Shown: positions 16,942 to 24,808 of the stretch, piece after piece
Numbering within the stretch: position 1 is the first letter of the stretch
Layout: every line of letters starts with the position of its first letter
Source of the DNA: a bacterium
GTDB taxonomy: Bacteria > Patescibacteriota > Minisyncoccia > Portnoybacterales > GWB1-42-6
NCBI GenBank assembly: GCA_043800535.1
Contig: JAZDMV010000014.1
Location: 1-38,853, forward strand
Direction of reading: 5' to 3'
Length of the DNA stretch: 38,853 bases
Program-made: the position numbers and the translations under genes
Notes under the pieces: model-generated
Told to the model about the DNA's origin: nothing
The model's database searches: none
What the model saw: only the letters and a program-made list of their open reading frames with translations

Positions 16942-19900
16942 ATGGAAAAGTATAATCCGCAGGAAATTGAGAAAAAGTGGCAGGAGTTCTGGGAAAAACA
17001 TCCTGAACTTTATTCTGCAAAAGAAGAAGACGGCGAGAAGGCGTATATTTTGGATATGTTTCCTTATCCTTCGGCAGACGGTCTGCATGCCGGCCACGTT
17101 GAAAGCTACACCGCAACGGACATTATTTCGCGGTATTTGAGGATGAAAGGAAAAAATGTTCTGCATCCGCAGGGCTGGGACGCTTTCGGCCTGCCGGCGG
17201 AAAATTTTGCGGTAAAGACAAAAACCCATCCATTAATCACGACCCAACGGGCAATCGCGAATTTTAAGAAACAGATGAACATGATGGGTTTGTCATATGA
17301 CTGGTCGCGGGAAGTCAATTCTTCTGGCTCCGATTACTATAAATGGACTCAATGGTTTTTCCTCCTGCTTTACAAAAATGGTCTGGCTTATAAGGGCAAG
17401 GCGAAAGTCAATTGGTGTCCCAATTGCCAGACGGTTTTGGCCAACGAACAGGCCGAGGGCGGGGTTTGCGACCGTTGCGGCACGCAGGTTGTGCAAAAAG
17501 ACCTGGAGCAATGGTTTTTTAAAATTACTGATTTTATCGAATCCTCCTTGGCTAAAGCTTCGGAAGGGCAGGGACGGAAAACTTCGGGGCTTCTTGACGG
17601 GCTGGATAATATTGATTGGCCCGAACATACAAAAGCGGCGCAGAGAAATTGGATAGGGAAGTCGGAAGGGTCACAGTTTAGAATGCAGGTTAAGGGAGCC
17701 GGTAAATTAAATGCAAAATATGATAAAGTTTTGTTGGCCACTAACAATTTAAGTAAAAAAGAAAGAGTAGAAAAACTGCTGGACAGCGCAGGTTTAAAAA
17801 TAGAGATTTTATTGCCCAAAGATTTAGGCATTGCGGAACAGTCTGCTGGCGAAGAAAGTGATTTATACGAAAATGCCAAAGAAAAGGCTCTTTTATACAA
17901 AGATAAAACCGATTTGCCTGTTTTAGGCCTTGATACTGGTTTTTTCATAAAAGGAGAGATAATCGATCCGGTTAAGGTTAAGCGCAATGCTCTTGCCGGA
18001 AAATCCGAGAAAGACTTAACCCAAAAGGAGATTGCGGAGCTCTTGCTCAATTATTATAGGAACATCGCGACAAAGAATGGCGGAGAAATAGAAGCATATT
18101 GGCAAGACGTGACGGTTTTAGGTTTACCTGACGGGAGAATTGAAACAGCGGGAGATAAGAGGGAGGTCATTTTAACTGATAAAGCCGTGGGAAAAGTTGA
18201 CATTTATTTTCCAGTGAGGTCTCTTTACAAGACAAAAATAACCGGCAAATATACGGCTGAGGAAAATAACGATGAACATTTATTAGGATTAAAACCTTTT
18301 ACGGATTCATTGATAAAGTTGCTTGCCGATCAATCATCTGAAGATTCTCTTAGGGTTTTTACCACTCGCCTGGATACGGTGTTTGGCATGACTTTTGCGC
18401 TGATCGCGCCGGAACATGATATTATCCAAAAATTAAAACCACAGATAGAAAATTGGGAAGAAGTCGAAAAATATATAGAGCAGGCAAAGAAAAAATCCGA
18501 GCTACAAAGAATGACAGAAGAAAAAGAAAAAACGGGTGTTGAATTAAAAGGCATAAAAATAGTTAATCCGTTTACCAAAAAAGAAATACCGCTTTTCGCG
18601 AGCGATTTTGTTTTGGCGCATTACGGCACCGGCGCGGTCATGGCCGTGCCGGGGCACGATTACAGGGATTATGACTTTGCCAAAAAATTCGGCTTGCCGA
18701 TTGTGGAAGTGATAAAAAGCAAGGGCGGCCAGTCATCAATAGAAAAGGAAGCATTTGTGGAAGACGGAGTATTGTCTAATTCGCGCGAATATGACCATAT
18801 GGCTTCAGACGAGGCGCGGGAAAAAATGACGCAGTGGCTTGAAAAAGAGAATATCGGTAAAAAGACTATAAATTATAAAATTCGCGATTGGTTGATTTCG
18901 CGCCAGCGCTATTGGGGCGCGCCGATCCCGATAATTTATTGTGATAAATGTGGTTCGTCAGGCTCACCACAAGTTATTCCTGTCCCAGAAAAAGATCTGC
19001 CGGTTCAGTTGCCCGATGACGTTGACTTTATGCCGACAGGCGAATCCCCTCTTGCGCGCTCAAAAAAATTTCAGGATGTTAAATGCCCCAAATGCGGGGC
19101 GCCTGCCAGAAGAGAATCAGACACGATGGATACTTTCGTCTGTTCAAGCTGGTATTATTTTCGTTATGCTGACCCGCATAACGAAAAGGAATTCGCGTCA
19201 AAGGGGCAGATAAAAAAATGGCTGCCGGTTAACCTGTATGTCGGAGGAGCGGAGCATACGGTTTTACACCTTCTGTATTCGCGTTTTTTCACAAAAGTTC
19301 TGCATAATCTTGGCTATATTGATTTTGACGAGCCGTTTTTAAAACTGCGGCATCAGGGAATTATTCTGGCCGAGGACGGCCAAAAAATGTCCAAATCTCT
19401 TGGCAATGTTATCAATCCGGATGACGTGGTAGCCCAATACGGCGCGGACGCTTTGCGGATGTTTGAAATGTTCATGGGGCCGTTGGAAGATATGAAAAAA
19501 TGGGATACAAAGGGAATAATTGGGATTTATAGATTTTTGGAAAAGACACGGGATTTTCTCCGCGTTTATATTGGTATATTTATTTCTGAGAAAGAGAAAG
19601 AAGATTGGATTGAAGGGGAAGGTGAAATTAGTAAAATTAAAACACCACAAAAAATAAAATCTCTTTTGCATAAATCTATAAAAAAAGTTACAGAAGACAT
19701 TGAGAATTTAAAATTTAATACGGCGATCAGCCAGCTAATGATTCTTAGAAATTCTTTTTATGAATTAAAAGAGGAGTGGCGTATTTTTAGTAAATCTCGG
19801 GGTGAAGTGATAGAAGGGCGAATTATAGAAAGAGCTGATTTTGAAAAATTTATATTGCTTTTAAGTCCTTTTGCCCCACATATATCAGAAGAAATTTGGC

Positions 19901-20163
19901 AAGAAGAATTAAAACATAATAATAGTATTTTTACCGAAAAATGGCCCGAATACGATAAAGATTTGGTTAAAGACGAAATAATTGAGCTGGTCATTCAGAT
20001 AAACGGCAAATTGCGCGATAAAATTTATGTGCCGGCCGATATTTCCGAAGAGGAAGCCAAATCGCAGGCGCTGGCCAGCGAAAAAATCAGATCCGCGCTT
20101 GGCGACAAAGAGCTAAAAAAAACGATTTTTGTGAAAGGGCGTTTAATAAATATAGTTATATAA
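16942..20163 (+). CDS. leuS: Leucine--tRNA ligase with a large internal insertion
   Basis: PYPSADGLHAGHVESYT (HIGH-type), CP1 entry VFTTRLDTVFG, KMSKSLGN. I prefer the start at MEKYNPQEIEKKW. Confidence 0.93.
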   Translation: MEKYNPQEIEKKWQEFWEKHPELYSAKEEDGEKAYILDMFPYPSADGLHAGHVESYTATDIISRYLRMKGKNVLHPQGWDAFGLPAENFAVKTKTHPLITTQRAIANFKKQMNMMGLSYDWSREVNSSGSDYYKWTQWFFLLLYKNGLAYKGKAKVNWCPNCQTVLANEQAEGGVCDRCGTQVVQKDLEQWFFKITDFIESSLAKASEGQGRKTSGLLDGLDNIDWPEHTKAAQRNWIGKSEGSQFRMQVKGAGKLNAKYDKVLLATNNLSKKERVEKLLDSAGLKIEILLPKDLGIAEQSAGEESDLYENAKEKALLYKDKTDLPVLGLDTGFFIKGEIIDPVKVKRNALAGKSEKDLTQKEIAELLLNYYRNIATKNGGEIEAYWQDVTVLGLPDGRIETAGDKREVILTDKAVGKVDIYFPVRSLYKTKITGKYTAEENNDEHLLGLKPFTDSLIKLLADQSSEDSLRVFTTRLDTVFGMTFALIAPEHDIIQKLKPQIENWEEVEKYIEQAKKKSELQRMTEEKEKTGVELKGIKIVNPFTKKEIPLFASDFVLAHYGTGAVMAVPGHDYRDYDFAKKFGLPIVEVIKSKGGQSSIEKEAFVEDGVLSNSREYDHMASDEAREKMTQWLEKENIGKKTINYKIRDWLISRQRYWGAPIPIIYCDKCGSSGSPQVIPVPEKDLPVQLPDDVDFMPTGESPLARSKKFQDVKCPKCGAPARRESDTMDTFVCSSWYYFRYADPHNEKEFASKGQIKKWLPVNLYVGGAEHTVLHLLYSRFFTKVLHNLGYIDFDEPFLKLRHQGIILAEDGQKMSKSLGNVINPDDVVAQYGADALRMFEMFMGPLEDMKKWDTKGIIGIYRFLEKTRDFLRVYIGIFISEKEKEDWIEGEGEISKIKTPQKIKSLLHKSIKKVTEDIENLKFNTAISQLMILRNSFYELKEEWRIFSKSRGEVIEGRIIERADFEKFILLLSPFAPHISEEIWQEELKHNNSIFTEKWPEYDKDLVKDEIIELVIQINGKLRDKIYVPADISEEEAKSQALASEKIRSALGDKELKKTIFVKGRLINIVI
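17725..18324 (+). other. Ham1/RdgB (ITPase)-like domain inserted in LeuS
   Basis: KVLLATNNLSKKERVEKLL, AGEESDLYENAKEKA, LPVLGLDTGFFI and KITGKYTAEENNDEHL line up with the RdgB blocks KVVLATGNVGKVRE, EETGLTFIENAILKA, LPAIADDSGLAV and GKTAAELTREEKSAISHR (recalled from memory). Confidence 0.5.
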
Positions 20164-20166
20164 AAC

Positions 20167-21030
20167 ATGAAATGGGAACAGCCAGAACAGAAATTTTCGA
20201 TTGAAGGACAATTTAATAATCCGGACATTATAGATCTCGGCGGCAAAAAGCTGGAAGTCGTAGACATCAAACCAGATATTCAAAAGACGGAAGTCCCAAC
20301 GATGTTAGTCCCGGGTTGGACGGCGACGCCAAAAACGTTTAAAGATAACATTCTTGATTTGGCGGAACTGAATAGGCGGGTGATTTCAATAAACGCGCCG
20401 CATGGCATAGACGTCTCCGAGCAGCTAGAAAATATTCCCGAGGCCGAATTAAGGAAAGTAGCCGCGATAGCAAAAGTTTTAGAAGATAAAGAAATAGATA
20501 AAATAGATATTGTCGCTCATTCAGAAGGAGGCCTTTACGGAACGATTGCCGCTACTCTCTATCCGGAAAAAATCAGGAATCTGATTTTAGTTGACCCAGC
20601 CAGCATGATAGGCAAAGATAATCCAAGGCGGCTTTCAACAGATTTTTCAATGGATTTTTTGAAGCAGGGAGTAAGAAGTATTAAAGACGGAGAAGCACGG
20701 AAGGCAGTTTTTAGACTGTCAAAGGAATCCGTCAAGGCGATGGTCAAAAATCCGATGCAAGCGGTTAAACAGGTATTCGCGATGTCTAATTCCGATATCC
20801 GCGGAATGTTGGAAAAATTAAAAAAACAAGGAGTTGGTATTTCTGTAATTCACGCAGTTGATGACAAAGCCTTTCCGATGGAGCGTATGCAAGAGATGGT
20901 CAATACTGACCAGGTTGATGGTTTTTATTCCATAAAAGGAACGCACAATGAAATCTTATTGAATCACAAAAGATGTTCAGAGCTTGCCGATCAAGCGCTT
21001 AGCGACTTGGAAAAGAAACAGAGAAGATAA
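20167..21030 (+). CDS. Alpha/beta-fold hydrolase
   Basis: 287-aa ORF. It has the nucleophile elbow VAHSEGG plus downstream Asp (HAVDD) and His (GTHNE). Confidence 0.75.
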   Translation: MKWEQPEQKFSIEGQFNNPDIIDLGGKKLEVVDIKPDIQKTEVPTMLVPGWTATPKTFKDNILDLAELNRRVISINAPHGIDVSEQLENIPEAELRKVAAIAKVLEDKEIDKIDIVAHSEGGLYGTIAATLYPEKIRNLILVDPASMIGKDNPRRLSTDFSMDFLKQGVRSIKDGEARKAVFRLSKESVKAMVKNPMQAVKQVFAMSNSDIRGMLEKLKKQGVGISVIHAVDDKAFPMERMQEMVNTDQVDGFYSIKGTHNEILLNHKRCSELADQALSDLEKKQRR

Positions 21031-21071
21031 TTTTTGTGAAAAATAGGTTAATTAATATTGTTATTTAAAAC

Positions 21072-21395
21072 ATGGCTATATTTTGGATCGTTATTTTAAC
21101 ACTAGCGAATGTGGCAGGGGATTTTTTAATCAAAAAAGCGACGCTGAAGCCAGGATTTTCAGGGATATACCTTGTTGTCGCGGGTGGAATTATCTGGTTA
21201 TTTAGCGCTTTTGGCTGGTTTTATGTTTTAAAGCGCATGGAACTATCAAATACAAATGGTATTTTTGCGGTGCTGACGATTATTTTTGTGCTGGCAGGAA
21301 GCTACTTTTATTTTCACGAAAAAGTTTCCTTTGGCGAAATTGCAGGATTTGTCCTGGCGATTATTTCAATTTATCTTTTGGTAAAATTTGCGTAA
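21072..21395 (+). CDS. Small 4-TM membrane protein (DMT/SMR-like, ArnE/F-like; tentative)
   Basis: 107-aa hydrophobic ORF. The family call comes from overall pattern only. Confidence 0.55.
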   Translation: MAIFWIVILTLANVAGDFLIKKATLKPGFSGIYLVVAGGIIWLFSAFGWFYVLKRMELSNTNGIFAVLTIIFVLAGSYFYFHEKVSFGEIAGFVLAIISIYLLVKFA

Positions 21396-21439
21396 AATTG
21401 TTAGCTGTTAGCTTTTAGGAGATTAGGAAATTAGCTTGT

Positions 21440-21808
21440 ATGGTGATTTATTCTTACAAAGATTTAATTGTGTGGCAAAAAGCAATTAAGCTAGTCGTGG
21501 TTGTTTATGAGATAACCGAAAAATTTCCATCTTCGGAATTGTACGGTCTCGTTTCGCAAATGAGGAGGAGTTCCGTATCTATACCATCAAATATAGCCGA
21601 AGGCAGGATGAGGGGCTCAAGGAAAGAATTTGCTCATTTTTTATTGAATGCTTATGCATCAGGGGCCGAATTGGAAACTCAAATTGAAATCGCAAAAAGA
21701 TTGCCAAAATTAAATAAATTTGATTACTTGGTTTTAGAGCAATTATTGAATGAAATAATGAAAATGCTCAATTCAATCATTGGAAAGCTAAAAGCTAATT
21801 CCCAATAA
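21440..21808 (+). CDS. Four-helix-bundle protein (the '23S rRNA intervening-sequence protein' family)
   Basis: YKDLIVWQKA..L...Y.IT.KFP..E.YGL.SQMRR...SI.SNIAEG pattern. Confidence 0.85.
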   Translation: MVIYSYKDLIVWQKAIKLVVVVYEITEKFPSSELYGLVSQMRRSSVSIPSNIAEGRMRGSRKEFAHFLLNAYASGAELETQIEIAKRLPKLNKFDYLVLEQLLNEIMKMLNSIIGKLKANSQ

Positions 21809-21820
21809 GCTAAAAGCTGT

Positions 21821-22465
21821 ATGAATATAATCAAAGTTGACCCGGAAAATATGCGGGCCTCCCAATACGGCGTGGAAAAGGCCGTGGAGATCATCTTGCG
21901 CGGAGGGATTGTTGTTGCGCCAAGCGACACGGTCTATTCTATTGTGGCGGACGCGACAAACGAGCGGGCGGTAAAAATGGTTTTTAAGATGAAAAAGCGG
22001 CCGGACACAAATCCTGTTTCGGTGATCGTGCGTGATCTAGAAATGACAAAAAAACTGGCTTTTGTGGACAGCAGGATTGAAAAAATTCTGGGAGCTGTCT
22101 GGCCGGGCGCCATAACCGTGGTCTTGCAGAAAAAATATAATCTGCCGGAATTGGTGACTGCCGGCAAACGGACAATTGCGTTGCGTTTTCCTGACTATAA
22201 ACTCTTGTATTATCTGATAAGCGCGGTTGGCCGGCCGCTGACCGCCACCTCAGCAACCATTTTGGGCGAGAAGGCGATGATTAACGCAGAAAGAGTCGCT
22301 TCGCAATTTCGCAAAGAATTCTTCCGGCCGGATCTGATCCTGGACGCGGGCGAATTAAAATTTTGTGAGCCATCAACAGTTCTTGATCTGTCGGGCGAAA
22401 AACCTAAATTTATCCGCATAAGTTCGGTTAACCCAAAGAAGCTGATGGAGATACTTTCTATTTAA
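21821..22465 (+). CDS. tsaC: L-threonylcarbamoyladenylate synthase (YrdC/Sua5 domain)
   Basis: VVAPSDTVYSIVADA.NE.AV..VF..K.RP..NPV.V, and a later PLTATSA motif. Confidence 0.82.
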   Translation: MNIIKVDPENMRASQYGVEKAVEIILRGGIVVAPSDTVYSIVADATNERAVKMVFKMKKRPDTNPVSVIVRDLEMTKKLAFVDSRIEKILGAVWPGAITVVLQKKYNLPELVTAGKRTIALRFPDYKLLYYLISAVGRPLTATSATILGEKAMINAERVASQFRKEFFRPDLILDAGELKFCEPSTVLDLSGEKPKFIRISSVNPKKLMEILSI

Positions 22466-22589
22466 AAGTTCAAATGTCAAAGCGCAAATGTCAGGTTCTC
22501 GACGCGTCCCGCACTGTGCGGGGCTTGCTCGAACAATAATTTTATTTTATTCTTCGAGCGAGCGAAGCGAGTCGAGAAGTTAGAACAAT
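22466..22589. repeat. Intergenic composite repeat (ttcaaa-type low complexity, ccc-gc hairpin, ctcgaacaataat/ttattcttcgagcg module)
   Basis: It has the hairpin cccgcactgtgcgggg. The ctcgaacaataat and ttattcttcgagcg..gtcgagaag blocks recur at 31537-31640. Confidence 0.7.
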
Positions 22590-22604
22590 TTGGATTTGTT
22601 TCTT

Positions 22605-23147
22605 ATGGATTATCAAATTTTTCAATTAATAAATAGCTTGGCCGGGCACTACCAATGGCTGGATGATGTCGGCATTTTTTTGGCGAGTTATTCGCAGTAT
22701 TTTATCGGTGCGGGGATTATTATTTGGATGCTGGCCAAAAAAGACAAAGCAGTTTTCTGGGAAAATTTTAAGATCACGGCGTATTTTTTTGTCACCGCCA
22801 TTGTTTCGCGTTTTGTGTTCGGCGAGGCGATAAAAAGAATTATCGCGCGGCCAAGGCCTTTTGAACTCCATCAGGTGACGCAATTGATCCCTGAAGATCT
22901 GCGCATGTCTTTTCCTTCTGGTCACATGTCTTTTTTCTTTGCTTTTTCCGCTGCGGTTTATTTATACAACAAAAAGGCGGGTATTATTTGTTTTGTGGCG
23001 AGTTTGTTGATGGGTCTTGCGCGAATATACACGGGCGTGCATTATCCGGCCGATATCTTGGGCGGAATGGTTTTGGGGATTTTGGTGGGATGGGGGATGC
23101 ATAGGGTCGGTAAAAAATTTATGCAAGCTCCGCAACAAAATTTATAA
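22605..23147 (+). CDS. PAP2-family phosphatase (undecaprenyl-diphosphatase-like)
   Basis: KR...RPRP, PSGH and RIYTGVHYPADILGG motifs. An alternative TTG start lies at 22590. Confidence 0.82.
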   Translation: MDYQIFQLINSLAGHYQWLDDVGIFLASYSQYFIGAGIIIWMLAKKDKAVFWENFKITAYFFVTAIVSRFVFGEAIKRIIARPRPFELHQVTQLIPEDLRMSFPSGHMSFFFAFSAAVYLYNKKAGIICFVASLLMGLARIYTGVHYPADILGGMVLGILVGWGMHRVGKKFMQAPQQNL

Positions 23148-23158
23148 GATTAAGTTTT

Positions 23159-23196
23159 AAAACAAAATCCCGCAATCATTGCGGGATTTTGTTTTT
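23159..23196. terminator. Bidirectional terminator (PAP2 gene / tRNA-Leu)
   Basis: aaaacaaaatcccgc-aatcatt-gcgggattttgttttt. Confidence 0.75.
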
Positions 23197-23199
23197 ATG

Positions 23200-23283
23200 T
23201 GCCGCGGGAGAGAGTTGAACTCTCATGAGCGTGAGCTCATACGATTTTGAGTCGTACGTGTCTGCCAGTTCCACCACCGCGGC
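23200..23283 (-). tRNA. tRNA-Leu(CAA), class II with long variable arm
   Basis: Hand-folded: acceptor GCCGCGG/CCGCGGC, D arm GTG-GAACTGGCAGA-CAC, anticodon arm TACGA-CTCAAAA-TCGTA, variable arm TGAGC-TCAC-GCTCA, T arm GAGAG-TTCAACT-CTCTC, discriminator A. No CCA is encoded. Confidence 0.85.
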
Positions 23284-23524
23284 ATGATATTTGTAAATTA
23301 TCCAAAAATTTTCTGCCTATGCCACTCTTTAGAAAAACTTCTCTTTTCCTTGCTTCTTTATAATTTTGGAACTCTTCCGAGTGTATTAATGTGAAAGGTT
23401 TATATATTTTAGTGCTCTTATTACATCCTGTATTATGCTGTTTTAGCCGCCGAGACAGTTCGTTGGTTATGCCAATATAGCGGTAATTTTTTTCATTACT
23501 TTTTATTACGTAAAGATATATCAT
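23237..23524 (-). CDS. GIY-YIG nuclease family protein (small UPF0213-like)
   Basis: IYLYVIKS...YRYIGITNELSRRLKQHN..KSTK...PF.LIH.E.F....A..RE.FLKS..GR.FL. The last ~16 codons read into the tRNA-Leu 5' half. Confidence 0.8.
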   Translation of the reverse strand: MIYLYVIKSNEKNYRYIGITNELSRRLKQHNTGCNKSTKIYKPFTLIHSEEFQNYKEARKREVFLKSGIGRKFLDNLQISCRGGGTGRHVRLKIV

Positions 23525-23539
23525 TGAATTTCAGTCTGT

Positions 23540-23648
23540 TCGTACGTGGTCGCCTGAGGCGACTAAATCTGTCAACTCGCCAGAGGCGAGTAAACTTCGC
23601 TGTCCTGCGGCCAGCTTGCCCGCCTCTGGCGGGTTCCACCACCGCGGC
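23540..23648 (-). pseudogene. Displaced copy of the tRNA-Leu 5' half (positions 1-31) with an 84-nt insertion in the D loop
   Basis: GCCGCGGTGGTGGAAC (23633-23648) and CACGTACGA (23540-23548) are identical to the intact tRNA. The D-loop remainder is replaced by three hairpins (cccgccagaggcggg, ctcgcctctggcgag, gtcgcctcaggcgac). Identity stops exactly at the anticodon loop. Confidence 0.75.
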
Positions 23649-23657
23649 TCACTTTTC

Positions 23658-23686
23658 ATCTTATTGGCTGGACGCCTATTTGTCAA
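23658..23686 (-). promoter_or_regulatory. Sigma70-like promoter reading into the displaced tRNA half, the GIY-YIG ORF and tRNA-Leu
   Basis: On the minus strand: TTGACA (23686-23681), 17-nt spacer, TAAGAT (23663-23658). The tRNA-half 5' end lies 9 nt downstream. Confidence 0.55.
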
Positions 23687-23719
23687 TTTGAGAAGATGTT
23701 ATATAATTAAGACAGTAAT

Positions 23720-23826
23720 CGTCATTACGAGTGAAGCGAAGTAATCCCGTGGACAGCGGTAATCAAACGGGATTGCCACGTCGCCCCGCCCCGCACAGTG
23801 CGGGGTGCGGGGCTCCTCGCAATGAC
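23720..23826. repeat. MITE-like palindromic element upstream of parA
   Basis: Terminal inverted gtcattacgag.. / ..ctcgcaatgac, with central hairpin ccccgc-acagt-gcgggg (23789-23805). Confidence 0.65.
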
Positions 23827-23834
23827 ACACAGAT

Positions 23835-24599
23835 GTGGCAAAGATAATCGCGTTCGTCAATCAAAAGGGCGGAGTGGGTAAAACGACTTCGGCCGTTAAT
23901 CTGGCCGCTTATTTGGCGGCGTTCGGAAAATATGTTTTGCTGGTTGATCTGGACCCGCAAGCCAATGCCACAGCCGGCCTTGGTTTTGAGCCGGAGGGAT
24001 TAGATAAAAATTTGTATCACAGCTTAATCGGCCAATCCTCGCCGCAGGAACTTGTGCGCAAAACAAACATCTTTGGCTATGAGATTATTCCTGCTTCGGG
24101 TGATTTGGCAGGCGCGGCGGTTGAGCTTGTGCCTTTAGAAAACCGGGAATTCCGTCTTTGGAACATGCTGCATGCCATTCGCACAAATTATGACTATATT
24201 ATCATTGATTCGCCGCCGAGTTTGGGCCTGCTGACAATTAATGGTCTGGTAGCGGCAGACGAACTGATCATTCCTGTGCAGACAGAATATTATGCGCTTG
24301 AGGGCCTCGGCCAGCTTCTGAAAACGGTTAATTTAATTCAGGAAAATCTTGGCAAGGATTTAAAAATCAAAGGCGCGCTTCTGACAATGTTTGACAAAAG
24401 GAATAAATTGAGCCAGCAGGTGGCCAAAGAAGTTCGTCTGCATTTTCCCGGTTATGTTTTTGAGACGCAGATCCCAAGATGTGTCCGTCTGGGAGAGGCA
24501 CCAAGTTTTGGCAAAACGATTCTCCAGCACGACGCTTCTTCCAAGGGCGGAAAAGCTTATCGCCAGCTGGCGGAAGAAATTTTGAGGATGGAACAATAA
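23835..24599 (+). CDS. parA: ParA/Soj chromosome-partitioning ATPase
   Basis: Deviant Walker A NQKGGVGKTT. GTG start. Confidence 0.9.
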   Translation: MAKIIAFVNQKGGVGKTTSAVNLAAYLAAFGKYVLLVDLDPQANATAGLGFEPEGLDKNLYHSLIGQSSPQELVRKTNIFGYEIIPASGDLAGAAVELVPLENREFRLWNMLHAIRTNYDYIIIDSPPSLGLLTINGLVAADELIIPVQTEYYALEGLGQLLKTVNLIQENLGKDLKIKGALLTMFDKRNKLSQQVAKEVRLHFPGYVFETQIPRCVRLGEAPSFGKTILQHDASSKGGKAYRQLAEEILRMEQ

Positions 24600-24609
24600 T
24601 TTTTTTAAC

Positions 24610-24793
24610 CTACTTTTCTGGCAGCAGAAAAGTAGCAAAAGACTGCTTGCACGAAAAATTTTAACAAAATTTGACTCGCTTCTTGTAAAATTTGCTAAGC
24701 TAAACTTTTCCCCCGACGTACGTCGGGGTCGTCGGCCACGCAAATTTTACCAGTAGCTTGCCTAAATTTTGTGATAAAATTTTTCGATGCAAG
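24610..24793 (+). repeat. ~185-bp nested-palindrome element, copy C (between parA and parB)
   Basis: ctacttttctg-gcag-cagaaaagtag, central hairpin ccccgacgtacgtcgggg, and 3' end gataaaatttttcgatgcaag. Confidence 0.85.
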
Positions 24794-24808
24794 TTATTCA
24801 AATCAAAA

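Noticed and set aside
17680-18350. Intein in LeuS
   Set aside because: The insert boundaries lack the Cys/Ser/Thr N-terminal nucleophile, the C-terminal His-Asn plus Cys/Ser/Thr, and any homing-endonuclease blocks. The motifs instead follow the Ham1/RdgB order.
23284-23539. Group I intron with a GIY-YIG homing endonuclease inside tRNA-Leu
   Set aside because: The downstream tRNA-Leu copy is contiguous and complete, so no splicing is needed. I could not recognise group I core pairings in the 15-nt upstream and short downstream non-coding parts. This is kept as an alternative to be tested by covariance models.
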